In this document: piece by piece, positions 11,665 to 24,317 of the stretch
Numbering within the stretch: the stretch's first letter is position 1
Layout: each line of letters opens with the position of its first letter
Assembly (NCBI RefSeq): GCF_001194135.2
Contig: NC_068991.1
Span: 57,176,535-57,240,534, forward strand
Origin: Octopus bimaculoides
Taxonomy: Eukaryota
Length of the DNA: 64,000 bases
Reading direction: 5' to 3'
Program-made: the position numbers and the translations under genes
Notes under the pieces: generated by a model
Told to the model about the DNA's origin: nothing
What the model saw: the letters and a program-made list of their open reading frames with translations, nothing else
Database searches by the model: none

Positions 11665-11828
11665 AATATAGAACAGTGGTCCACAATGTGTTTGCAGTGC
11701 CAGTACTCATACTAACATTTGGGCTGCTTGATTGGACGCTTGAGATCCGAGCCATTGATGTGAAGATCCGAAAAATACTAACAAGCAGACACGATTTCTA
11801 CATAAACATTGACGTAGGCCGCTTCTGG
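11665..11828 (+). mobile_element. Post-RT fragment of an RLE-type LINE
   Basis: HNVFAVPVLILTFGLLDWTLEIRAIDVKIRKILTSRHDFYINIDVGRF resembles the segment after the RT of R4-like elements (AxPVL..FG..W..I..ID.K.RK.LT..H..SDVDRLY). Confidence 0.7.
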
Positions 11829-11929
11829 CAATTATGATTCAAGTTTCTTCGAGTGATTTTTTTTATATATATATATATATTTACACACACGCACACACAC
11901 ACACATATATATATACACAGAAAATCGTC

Positions 11930-12312
11930 TCAATGCAACATATCAGTTACGTGGAAAAATTGAATGAGTTAAAACTCTTCTCCTTAGAAAGAAGGCGTGA
12001 AAGATATGCAGTGATATACACCTGGAAAATCCTGAAAACCCTTGTACCAACCTTAAACATTGAAAGTTACATCAAAAGCCGAACGGGTCAGCAATACAGA
12101 GTGCCAAAGATCCCAGCATCACCATCAAAATGCATAACCAGATACTGCAAGAGTTAGGGTTTCAAGATCTCACAGCTCTTCAATAACCTTCCAAAATGCC
12201 TGAGAGACCTGCAACATCAAACTCCCTCATTCACCAAATGCCACAGATCACAGGAAGTTTCAAATAATGGTGTAGCATAGCCAACCGCCGCTTTAAAGCT
12301 GAAATAATTTAA
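11930..12312 (+). mobile_element. CR1-clade LINE 3' end, decayed
   Basis: SYVEKLNELKLFSLERRRERYAVIYTWKIL..QLFNNLPKCLRDL is typical of the CR1 ORF2 C-terminus; second copy at 24318. Confidence 0.85.
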
Positions 12313-12414
12313 AGAATTAAAGAATTATATATATATCATCAGACGGAGAATTGCAGAAATGTGTTAACCAGATGCTGTTCACATTTAAATGCATTGAAAT
12401 TACATTGCATAAGC

Positions 12415-12480
<66 letters not shown>

Positions 12481-12485
12481 GTATG

Positions 12486-12553
12486 TATCTGTAAATAATA
12501 TGTGACAGTTATTCAGTAGCCATGATAAAACTGTCACATATTATTTACAGATA
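12486..12553. repeat. Perfect inverted repeat, 25-bp arms, 18-nt loop
   Basis: TATCTGTAAATAATATGTGACAGTT (12486-12510) is the exact reverse complement of 12529-12553. Confidence 0.9.
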
Positions 12554-13493
12554 AATTCATCTATTTACATAATATCGAGGTCTCATTCTTTTGTTATCTT
12601 ACCTTTTCTATCAATATATATATATATGTATACAGTTTAAAATGACCTCATCGCGTGTTTTTAGTCTTTGGCGTTGAATAAAATCTTGTCTATTTCATGT
12701 GTTTACGAAATCTTTCACCATTATTATTTTCATATTTCAAAAAATGCAATAATACTCTTCTTCATTCTTCATACGGCGAATTTCTATTACGGTTAATTTT
12801 CTGGACACGAAAGAAAATAGTTTTGGTTTGGTCTCTATGCCTTAAAACCTTTTTAAACACACATTCACAGCAACGCTATCGTTTCGTTTCCACACTACAG
12901 CCCCTATTTAAAATCTTTGGTTCTGTCCTTCTCTTCCAATTATAATGCAGAAAATGGTGCTGCATCAACGTGTCAATGTGTTGGGTCACACACCATTTGA
13001 AACTACTACTTTCAGAATTGCACATATGGAGAATTACCTCAACACTACAAACACCGCAGCCGCATTTCTCAATAAACGTACATTAACATCACTATTACTA
13101 CAATCAACCACCTCGCTGCCACCACTAGCACCGGGCACCACTAACACCGCCAACATCATCAGACGGAGAATTGCAGAAATGTGTTAACCAGATGCTGTTC
13201 ACATTTAAATGCATTGAAATTACATTGCATAAGCGTTTATTTTTGCATCATAAACAAACATTTACACACTTTCACACACATTTGAGACACACACACACAC
13301 ACACACTGTACATATGTGAATATACATATGTATAAGTATTCGTGTNNNNNNNNNNNNNNNNNNNNNNNNNNNNNNNNNNNNNNNNNNNNNNNNNNNNNNN
13401 NNNNNNNNNNNNNNNNNNNNNNNNNNNNNNNNNNNNNNNNNNNNNNNNNNNNNNNNNNNNNNNNNNNNNNNNNNNNNNNNNNNNNNNNNNNNN

Positions 13494-13600
<107 letters not shown>

Positions 13601-14258
13601 CATATATACATATATATATACATACATAAATACATTATATATATATGTATATACATACAAATAATTTCACACATTCACATACATATGAAGATATAGTAGC
13701 AATTATTTATTAGATGTCTTCCAGAATTTGAAACGATTTCTTTTAGGGTGGAGACCTTTATAAGTTTCTTTCCGTTTTTGCTAAACATATGTTGAGGTAA
13801 TTGTTGAAATTAAATAAGCACCAATGTGCATGTTAAATTTGTGCATATTGAGTTGCGATGCATTTTTTGCAGCCATGTTTTTGCTACTGTGCAATTGGTC
13901 CTACATACAACCGCTGTCGCTTGCTGCTTCCTGCAATTGCGATATTTCTGTTTGCAACTTTGCACAGTTCTTTTCGATTCTGAACGATGAAAATTTAATA
14001 TCGTATTGTACGTATAAACAAATATAAAATCGTTCATATAATATTCAAAGGTTCTAATTCAAATTTATAAAAAACATATTAATTCATGCTGTGTCTCATT
14101 TTAGACGGAAGAGAAAATAATTTCTTTTTTATTTTCGAAACAGAAGTTAAAAAAAAATATGCTGCTCTAAATGCATTTATAATGGCTTTACGTCAGAGAA
14201 AATTCAATATAATTATATTTTAATTCTTTTTACTATCGCCTATACATACATACATACA

Positions 14259-14292
<34 letters not shown>

Positions 14293-14315
14293 CATACATA
14301 CATACACAGATATTT

Positions 14316-14385
<70 letters not shown>

Positions 14386-14528
14386 GTGCGCACACACACA
14401 CACTCATATATGTAGAAATCTGCTTGTATATACATATATATATATATGTNNNNNNNNNNNNNNNNNNNNNNNNNNNNNNNNNNNNNNNNNNNNNNNNNNN
14501 NNNNNNNNNNNNNNNNNNNNNNNNNNNN

Positions 14529-14558
<30 letters not shown>

Positions 14559-14559
<1 letters not shown>

Positions 14560-15155
14560 GAGGTAGTATCAAAAGGTACCCGAACTACTTCCATAGCGTG
14601 CCAATAGATGGCACCACACAGTTGCGTGTGCAGTCAAAGGTAGCAGTGACCTTCATAAGACAATGTTCCTAGTAACGTCGCTGTGTTTACTTCGCAAGTT
14701 GTGAAATTTGTGCCTTTGGGATCACATGTATGCTGTAGTCTGTAACTTTTGTCATGGACAAGAAGTTGGAGCAAAGAGTCAATGTGAAAATGTTTTCGTT
14801 AAACTGAGAAAGTCTGCTACAGAGACACTGAGCTCACTTCGGCAAGTGTACGGGGTCGAGGCAATGGCACGGGCGCTTCAAAAGCGAAAAAACATCCCTG
14901 GGAGACGATGAGCGATCTCGAAGATCTACCACGAGCGTCACCCTCGGAAATCTAGACAAAATTCATCAGCGTGTGGTCTTGAGGATCATCGGAACACAAT
15001 CAATGCTGTTGGTTCTTGCAGGCAATCGTAACGTCTGGATTCTTCACGACGATAATTCACCCTGTCACCGAGCTCTCCTCGATCGTGAGTCTCTCGCCAA
15101 AAACAATATGCTATCGCTTCCACACCCACTCTATTCACCAGATTTAGCACTTGCA
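14559..15155 (+). mobile_element. Mariner-family transposon remnant (5' TIR, internally deleted transposase)
   Basis: Starts CGAGGTAGTATCAAAAGG; MDKKLEQRVNVK..KLRKSATETLSSLRQVYG and WILHDDNSPCHRA..LPHPLYSPDLA. Confidence 0.88.
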
Positions 15156-15915
15156 AATTCTCGATCACGATGCAAGTCTGTAGTACTAAGCCATGTCATC
15201 TTGTACTTCTATGTTTCGAGTTATTAAGCATTAAGGCGCAGGCCTGGCTTTATATATATACATATATATATTTAGTATACTTAATGGCATGTAAGACGCA
15301 GATATTTCCCCAAATAAAAGGTGTCTAAAATAATTACACTGTGTCTTATCGGCAAACTTACTTCATATAATTGCTACAGCGCACTAAGAGCATTTCTCTT
15401 GACTATGTGCTGAAATTGGGGTGCGTTTAATTCGCCCGTACATTTCTTATGTCATCAACTATAGTATGTACAAAGGTAAATATGCGTATGTATATGTTGA
15501 AATATATATGTATGCGTAACTATATAAGGGTATGGGCTTTTATTTCGTTGTGTGTGTGTGTGTGGGGGGGGGGTGAATTTGAAATGTAAACAAGCAAGAA
15601 AAGCGAAAATGGAGTCCAATTCGAACGAAGTCTTCTGCGATATATGTTCTGCAACGAGTATCAAGCCCTACCTTTTAATCTCACTGTCAGAAATTCATTG
15701 AAAGTGTAATCAATCCGCTGGAAACCTGAACCCAACGAAACATTTGTTGATTAACTCGAATGGATATTTGTAAAAAAGGAGAGAAGGAAACAAACAACAG
15801 ACAGTGAAGGAGGTACAAGAAAAAAACCGGAAGGGGAGACATTTACATTTTGTTTATGTAACTCAGAGTAGTTTTCTTGTTGCAGAATATACTCTTGAAT
15901 ATACTCATGAATATA

Positions 15916-16260
15916 CATCTGTTTAAGTTCCATCTTACTTCTATTCCAGCTTTTTAGTAAGTGTCCAGGTTTTTGCTGTCCATATAGAAGGACTGAGTGT
16001 CCATATAAAAGGACTGAGGCAACTGATGCAGAGAAAAATTTCCTCTTAAACTTGACTGACATGGTTTATTTCCAGACATCCAGTTTGTTTCGGGCCGACC
16101 ATGCTTTAAGTGTCCAAGTTTTTACACCCTTTTCAGTTGAGGCTATCTCAGAACCGAGATGCGTGAAATCAACTTGATTGGCGAAATCTCCGATGATTCC
16201 TTGTTGAGCAAGGAATTTGGTTTTACTAGGATTAACAAATAGTCCAGCATCATGTGCAAC
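15916..16260 (-). mobile_element. RTE-clade LINE RT C-terminal fragment (inverted 5' part)
   Basis: AGLFVNPSKT..FTHLGSEIAST..KAWSARNKLDVWK..FKRKFFSASVASVLLYG, ending near the LDGxYTRM motif. Confidence 0.8.
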
Positions 16261-16262
16261 TA

Positions 16263-16389
16263 ATTTTAGACTTATCTTGGAGAACTCACCCCACCAAGAA
16301 ATAGCTGCGTGGAGATCTGCCTGTCTCCACCATTATAAGGGAACGGCGCTTGCGCTTTGCAGGACATTGCTGGTGAACTAGTGTTATGG
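16263..16389 (+). mobile_element. Continuation of the same RTE-clade ORF on the opposite strand
   Basis: ILDLSWRTHPTKK*LRGDLPVSTIIRERRLRFAGHCW..VLW. Confidence 0.8.
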
Positions 16390-16741
16390 ATGTTGCAAGT
16401 TATTAAGCGTTAAGGCACAGGCCTAGCTATATATATATNNNNNNNNNNNNNNNNNNNNNNNNNNNNNNNNNNNNNNNNNNNNNNNNNNNNNNNNNNNNNN
16501 NNNNNNNNNNNNNNNNNNNNNNNNNNNNNNNNNNNNNNNNNNNNNNNNNNNNNNNNNNNNNNNNNNNNNNNNNNNNNNNNNNNNNNNNNNNNNNNNNNNN
16601 NNNNNNNNNNNNNNNNNNNNNNNNNNNNNNNNNNNNNNNNNNNNNNNNNNNNNNNNNNNNNNNNNNNNNNNNNNNNNNNNNNNNNNNNNNNNNNNNNNNN
16701 NNNNNNNNNNNNNNNNNNNNNNNNNNNNNNNNNNNNNNNNN

Positions 16742-16774
<33 letters not shown>

Positions 16775-16809
16775 TATATCGTATACTTAAGACGCACTTG
16801 ACTTATTGC

Positions 16810-17100
16810 TTTGGATGCCAAAGCATGGCTGTATTCCAGCTGGCTGTCCGAACACAACATACATGCATCAGCTCACCAGATACACAGATACACTGGATGC
16901 GTTCCCGAAGCCCTCTCTCAACTAATGCAGTACCAAGATAGATGGCATGTGGGTTAACCTCCCAACCCCCAACCACTCCAGCAAGCTCGAACAGATTATG
17001 ATCATACTTCCGTATTTTAGTCTCTAAAGTGCATTTCCTTGGTGTTTCTAGCAAGGAAGAGCAACAGCATACCAGTGTTGTCGTTGACTTGGCAAGAATA
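16810..17100 (-). mobile_element. Possible decayed RLE C-terminus of a NeSL/Utopia/HERO-like LINE
   Basis: ETKIRKYD..ELA..GWEVNPHAIYLG..ELMHVCC resembles the K..KY..L..GW.V..I..G pattern; weak. Confidence 0.3.
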
Positions 17101-17502
17101 TTCAAGTGTATCATATGCGAGTGACACATCTTCTTTTTATGGAGATAAACCATTAAATGTAGACACACCCTGTAAAGTGATGATAAAAACACCTGAAATG
17201 CTTTTGATACCGAGAAGGTTTAATGATAGTTATCTGGTAATCCAAGTCTTCATTTCTTCCCACGCCACCAGATGGCGTTCTCTCTCTTTCAGAAAACACC
17301 TTTCAATAATATAAATAAACTTTTCCTTTCCGTGTTTTCTTTTAGGTGACATTTAAAAGATTTCCACTAAAAACCTGCTCAATTTACTCTAAGTTAAAGA
17401 AAATAAACAGCTACCATCAATATATCTTCATATGTACAAACATTCATGTATGCATGGACTTAAGATCTGGATGTATGTATTTATATCTGCACACACACAC
17501 AC

Positions 17503-17549
<47 letters not shown>

Positions 17550-17693
17550 TGCATGTTTATGTGTATATAATGTACATATATTCGTGCGCGTGTATGTACA
17601 CATCGGTACTCATATACATTGAAAACACATGCGAGTACGTACACATATATATAGCAATACGCACGTATATATGCATATGTTTCTCTCCCTCTC

Positions 17694-17812
<119 letters not shown>

Positions 17813-18295
17813 GAGGATCGAAAACACTAATCCATACACACGTGTCGCTGTAATGACTTACTTCCCTTGTTCCTATTCCAAGACCTGTTCCCTACGATTT
17901 TTCGAGAATGTGATGCTTGATTCGACAAAAACCTAACTACCAAGTATATCATAATTTGAAACTTGAATCAAATGTTCTTGAAATGGTTTCTTTCTTTTGC
18001 TGAGAGGATGAGAAATATTTCGTTGCGTCATCAGATCAGCTGTTCAGCCTGTTTATCAAATTAATAGAATATCTAGCTAAGTATTACTCAGACCCTTAAC
18101 GTAATTCTCAGAGAGAATAAACAGGGTGCAGCATTGAATCATTCGATGTTATGTTACCAATAAATAAATAAATGAATGAATAAATAAATAAGTAGATAAA
18201 TAGATAAACGACATGTTTGAGAACCCAGGCTGCGAGATCGAACCTGTGATGTCGTGATAACTAGAATTTATTGCCCAGTTATTTGGGCCAGGTTC

Positions 18296-18383
<88 letters not shown>

Positions 18384-18395
18384 CAGAAGTACCTA

Positions 18396-18544
18396 TAAGG
18401 CAGCGAGCTTGATGATTCGTTAGCACGCTGGGCATAATGTTCGGCTGCTTTTTGCCCGTTTTTACGCTCTGAGTTCAAATGCCGCCCAGATTGACTTCAC
18501 CCATTTTCCCACGAAATTATTTGCCTTGTACCGAAAAGTAGAAG
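18396..18544 (+). mobile_element. SINE family B, internally deleted
   Basis: TAAGGCAGCGAGCT head, GAGTTCAAATGCC B-box, GCCTTGTACC..GTAGAAG tail. Confidence 0.7.
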
Positions 18545-18723
18545 TTTTTGAAAAGTAGAATTACATATGAATAAAAACATACATACATGCGTATAAGCTA
18601 ACATACGCACATACAGGCTAAGAAAAATGTATAAAATCTAACACACATCCAAGCTAAAACACACATATACCGGTTAACGCACATACCAAATTTTGTAGCA
18701 TGTTTGATGAAAAAACGTTATCT

Positions 18724-19021
18724 AGCTGGCACTCCGTCGGTTGCGACGGCTTGTGTTACAGTGCATCCGATCAACGGAATAGCCTGCTCATGAACTTAAT
18801 GTGCAAGTGGCTGAATACTCCACAGACACGAGTAGCCTTAACGTAATTCTCAGAGAGGTTCAGTGTGGCAGAGAGTGTGACAAGGTTGGCTTTTTGAAAT
18901 ACAGGTACAACTCATTTTTGCCAGCTGAAGTGACTGGGGAAACAACGCACATCCAGGAATCGAACTCATGATCTTACCATCGTGAACTGAATAGCTTAGC
19001 CACTAAGCCACACGCCTTCAC
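18724..19021 (-). mobile_element. SINE family C (tRNA-derived), near full length
   Basis: Minus strand GTGAAGGCGTGTGGCTTAGTGG A-box, GAGTTCGATTCC B-box; body matches 22114-22306. Confidence 0.85.
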
Positions 19022-19148
19022 AAAGAGATATATAATCTCCTAATGAGCACTTTTTCGTTTATTGAAGGCTGGAGATATTGAGTTTTCTTAGACTACCATG
19101 CACATCACCACATCACTGATTCCGAGAGAAAAATGAAAAGTTTGACAA

Positions 19149-19193
<45 letters not shown>

Positions 19194-20583
19194 GTGTGTG
19201 TGGGGGGGGTGAGAGAGAGAGAGGGATAGAGGGAGGGAGAGAGAGAGTGGAAGAGAGAGAAAGAGGATGAGACTGTGGTAGGAAAAATAATCGACTCCTT
19301 TACTTAATTCTTATTTTATTTATCGATACTTTATTCAGAGGAATTTGAACTTAAAACGCAAAACCCTGAATAATTAGGATTTTGAGGCCTCCAATAAGGA
19401 AATATTTGATAAAGCAACCCCCTACTATCTTAACGTTTTACTTAATGCCGGACTGAAAAATAAAATTTCCTACTCGCCATACTTTCTAGCTCATTAACCG
19501 AAAATGTGACGACAGAATCTCATATGCTCACAAAATAGTTGTCACGTAAGGTTTCTTATTTTTCATAGATAAGATCTCTGCCAACTGTCAACACAGAATA
19601 TGTTCTAACGCATATTTTCTGACTTGAATATATGCACAAGTTTCACCACGATCAGCGATATTTATATCATTTACACTCGCCATTAAAACCTAAGCGATAT
19701 GCTTGTCCAAAAGGTATCTATGAATCCATCCTTAGTTTGGTACATAAATATTACTATACAATACATAAGAAGCCAAGATCTTATAGTAATAAACCTTCTT
19801 TGAGATATAGAGAAAAAAAAGTAAGAAAGGTAGTTGACTTTCTCTTAAGGTTAAGAGGAAAATCATTAGAAAATAGATATCCCATGGAAAGCTCCCAAAT
19901 GCTGAAAATCCTTAAAAACATGCTTACAAGATGTGAGATTTTTGCCTGCGTTTAGTATCCATTTTTCTAACAGATATTCAGGAAATGCAAGTATATTGAA
20001 AAGTTCTTGTTGCGTAAGTGAGGTAAACAATCTCAACCTTACTAAGTCCGTGCAAATGGACGGACATAAAAAGATTACTTCCTTTTTAACTTTTATATTT
20101 GCTTTCTTCTTGATTCAATTCTTGTACTCTCATTCTGCTACTTTATCTTTTTACTTCTAACACTCATCTTTACTCACCGAATATTTTTGTTCTCTTTCAT
20201 TTTTCAACAAAATCTGTAAGAGGAACGTCTGATGAGGCTAAAAGAAAATACCTAATAACTGCGATCTAATATATTTACTAAACATTAATAGTTTGATAAA
20301 GATCTACACAGTTAAACAAAGAAGTTCATTATTTTGGATAACTTCTTCCATGATCAAAAGAAAAATATGATGTCTTGAGATTTGCCAACGCAGGCTACTA
20401 GCAGTTTCTCAAATTCTGTCATATATACATTCAATAATTAGTAGTGAATCTTAGTGATAAATATTGACCTTCATTCCGGTATTTTTCAAAATCAAAGTAA
20501 CGAGATATTTAAATCTCTTACACGTCAGAAAATTTTCAACATTGAAATATTCTGTAACAGTATTTTCTTGATATTGATAATAA

Positions 20584-20726
20584 TTTAGCGGTATTTCGTT
20601 CGTCTTTCAACTATACCTTTCAACCTTTTCGGAGCGACAAAATAAATACCAGTTGAGCACTAGGGTCGATTAAATCGATCAGCTCCTTTCCGCATAATTT
20701 CTGGTCTTGTGCTTTTATTAGAAGGG
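20584..20726 (+). mobile_element. SINE family B fragment
   Basis: TTAGCGGTATTTCGTTCGTCTT, ACCAGTTGAGCACTAGGGTCGAT, TTTCTGGTCTTGTGC tail. Confidence 0.65.
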
Positions 20727-20924
20727 ATGTCGACATTAACACAAATATCTGCTTTATTTGATATGGGGTCTCTGATAAGTTGTTGTAACTAGTAAGTTGT
20801 TCTCTAAACGCATTTCAGCTATGAGCAATCAGAAATGTATCATGAACATTATCCAATGTATTATATTTAAATGAGAAGGGTGTAATTTCACAAAGTCGTT
20901 TATTTGACTGGTTTGTCTTGGAGC

Positions 20925-21747
20925 TCCTGCCAATGAATTTGGAGCGAGGAATTGCGAATGAAGAGTTGCAGCAAAATTTGTGCCTCGCTTGCTCACGGAA
21001 GATCTAAAGCAGTCACGACAGAATGCGTGTCGTGAACTGAAAGAATAGTTGGAAGTTAATCCGGACCTTTTTCGAAGGTCATAACTGGTGATTAAAGCTG
21101 CTGTTACGGCTACGACACGGAAACGAAGCAGCAAGCAAGTCAATGAAAGCATTCGATGTCACCAAGCCCCGCAAAAGCGCGTCAAGTGAAGTACAATGTC
21201 AAGACAAAGTTGGTTTGGTTTATCGATGTGAAAAGAATTGTCCACACAGAATTTGTTCTCCCTGGTCAAACTGTTAACACGACATTTTACTTGGCAGTTC
21301 TGAAGCGTCTGCGAGACGCAATGAGACAAAGACTCCACGACCTGTGGAAAAGTGGATGGTGGTAGTTTTATCACTACAATGCGCATGCACAGACCGTTTG
21401 GTGTGGGGGACAGTTTTTGATCAAAAATGGTTCGACCATGTTTACCCACCCTCCCTATTTACCTGCTCTTACTCCCTGCAGCTTGATTTTGTTTTCCCGA
21501 ATGAAAAAAGTCCTTAATGGAAAACGTTTAGCAGATGTGGAAGAGGTAAAAGAAAAGAACGATGGTGACGTTAAAATGCATCACTTCGCAAGAGTTCTAA
21601 GGACTGCTTTAAACAGTGAGAAACGCGTCACAACCGATGCATTGCTTCAAATGGATAATACTTTGAAGGCGATAAAAGTGTAAAGATGTAAAGCTAAGTG
21701 AATAAATTAATATTGGAAAATTTCGCTTTTCTTTTGGGCACCCCTCG
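20925..21747 (+). mobile_element. Mariner (D,D34D) transposase pseudogene with 3' TIR
   Basis: AAKFVPRLLT, KVITGD, IVHTEFVLPGQTVN..FYLAVLKRLRDA, HPPYLPALTPC; 34 residues between the decayed second and third catalytic positions; ends GGGCACCCCTCG followed by TA. Confidence 0.92.
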
Positions 21748-21810
21748 TATTTCAGTCATGTCACATACACCTTTTCCTTCTGCATGTTAATAAAATATGT
21801 AATGTTATGA

Positions 21811-21900
21811 CCGGACACTCCAACGTTTCCGCCGGAAATCGAACTCTCAATATTACAATCCTGAGCTGAATACACAAAGACTAAGCCATGCACCTTCACC
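21811..21900 (-). mobile_element. SINE family C head
   Basis: GAAATCGAACTC..ACTAAGCCATGCACCTTCAC on the + strand. Confidence 0.6.
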
Positions 21901-22113
21901 AGCCACGTGCCTGCACCTTATATGATCTATTTGAGCAAGAAATACTCTTACGCCCACGATGTTGTTAATACAGTTTCTTCTCAACTCAAATTTCTGCAAA
22001 CAGATTTCATCAACACTCAATTTAGACACCTAATATAGACAATCGCTGCATCCATTAGCAAACACAAGTCACGAAACCTCAAGTGAAGAAATGTTAACAT
22101 AGTTCTTCCTCAT

Positions 22114-22306
22114 GGGAAAAAATGAGTTGTACCTGTAATTCAACAGGGCCAACCTTGCCACATTCTGTGTTACATTGAATCTCCTTGAGAACTCCGTTAA
22201 GGGTACACGTGTCTGTGGAGTGCTCAGCCACTTGTACGTTAATTTCACGAGCAGGCTGTTCCGTTGATCAGCTGGGATCCTCGTCGTCGTAACCGACGGA
22301 GAGCTC
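22114..22306 (+). mobile_element. SINE family C 3' part, followed by (TATG)n to 22395
   Basis: AAAAATGAGTTGTACCTGTA..CCGTTGATC..CGTCGTAACCGACGGAG; homologous to 18724-18925. Confidence 0.85.
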
Positions 22307-22951
22307 CTATGTATGTATGTATGTATGTATGTATGTATGTATGTATGTATGTATGTATGTATGTATGTATGTATGTATGTACGTATGTATGTATATGCAC
22401 TTACATGTAGTTGAACATATGTAGTAACACATACGCACATATTCGTATGTGTGTTTGTGTGTAAGTATTTGAATGCGATATGTACGCGTTATCAAACGTC
22501 TCGTTAAAAGCTATTACATTAAAATTAAAGCAACTGGGAAAACAAAAAGAAAAGAACAAAACATGCACAAACAGAAGGGATTACATAAAAAAAAACCCCA
22601 AAGAACAAAAAGGAAAGCATCACCTCAGATATCGTATGTAAATTCGATATCCTATTTAAAGTGCCATGTGATAGCTAATATCTTTCATTACGTCTCAGCC
22701 TGATCTTGCAGCTTAAGATTAACGGCAAATGTCATGTTTGTTTACGTCTGTTGCTGACATAATAAGCACAACACAACAGCAGTTAACACTAAACTTTGTT
22801 CCTTTGCCTTTTTAACGACTCCATTTTCTACAAAATTTCTCACTCCTTCAATTCTTACGCACGCTATACTGCCGAATTTGAGTTATAGTCTGATTTTTAT
22901 TCTAATTTTGTTGAAAAATTTTCCTTCGTTTCAATATTCTAGCCTTTCACT

Positions 22952-22992
<41 letters not shown>

Positions 22993-24213
22993 ATATATAT
23001 ATATATATATATATANNNNNNNNNNNNNNNNNNNNNNNNNNNNNNNNNNNNNNNNNNNNNNNNNNNNNNNNNNNNNNNNNNNNNNNNNNNNNNNNNNNNN
23101 NNNNNNNNNNNNNNNNNNNNNNNNNNNNNNNNNNNNNNNNNNNNNNNNNNNNNNNNNNNNNNNNNNNNNNNNNNNNNNNNNNNNNNNNNNNNNNNNNNNN
23201 NNNNNNNNNNNNNNNNNNNNNNNNNNNNNNNNNNNNNNNNNNNATATATAGCTAGATAGATAGACAGATAAATAGATAGATGCACTCTTACATATATGTA
23301 TATCTATACACACAAACACACATACACATATGTGTATTTGTATGCATATATAAACTTATATATGTGTATATGTTCACTTTTTTCTAACATCTAATCTATC
23401 TATATATCCGAATATCCAATTATCTCTTTATCTCTTTATCTATTTATCTACATATCTCATCCAAACAGCTGACATCGGTTTCTTCTAATTTTTTTTTTAT
23501 CAACCCCCTTCATATTATATCATACAAAACCAGGCATTTTCTCTTTCTTTCCTAACACAACTATCATTTGCTGTTCATCTTTTAACCTACAAATACATGC
23601 AATAACATTCCATGTTTGTTATTTTTCCTGCAATTTATTTAGTTTATTTTATTATTTTTCTTCTGTATTTGTCTTCTTTCGAAACTTTGTTGTTTCTTTA
23701 TGTTTCATGTTGTTTTTCTCCTGTTTGTTTTACTGCCTGTCAAGACTAGATTTTCGCCGAAATTACTTTAAAAAAAGAATACTGGAAGCTGTTAAACAGT
23801 TTAAGAAATTGGTGTTGGTGGAAATAGATAAATTATTAATCATATAGAAAAAAAAAAAAAANNNNNNNNNNNNNNNNNNNNNNNNNNNNNNNNNNNNNNN
23901 NNNNNNNNNNNNNNNNNNNNNNNNNNNNNNNNNNNNNNNNNNNNNNNNNNNNNNNNNNNNNNNNNNNNNNNNNNNNNNNNNNNNNNNNNNNNNNNNNNNN
24001 NNNNNNNNNNNNNNNNNNNNNNNNNNNNNNNNNNNNNNNNNNNNNNNNNNNNNNNNNNNNNNNNNNNNNNNNNNNNNNNNNNNNNNNNNNNNNNNNNNNN
24101 NNNNNNNNNNNNNNNNNNNNNNNNNNNNNNNNNNNNNNNNNNNNNNNNNNNNNNNNNNNNNNNNNNNNNNNNNNNNNNNNNNNNNNNNNNNNNNNNNNNN
24201 NNNNNNNNNNNNN

Positions 24214-24258
<45 letters not shown>

Positions 24259-24317
24259 TAGAGAGAGAGAGAGAAAGAGAGAGAAAGAGAGAAGGGAAGG
24301 ATGATAGATAGATAGAT

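Noticed and set aside
19632-20160. 107-aa and 75-aa + strand ORFs
   Set aside because: No motif or family recognised; lengths are compatible with chance in AT-rich DNA
20226-20255. CTGATGA..GAAA hammerhead-like string
   Set aside because: No stem I, II or III pairing; expected by chance
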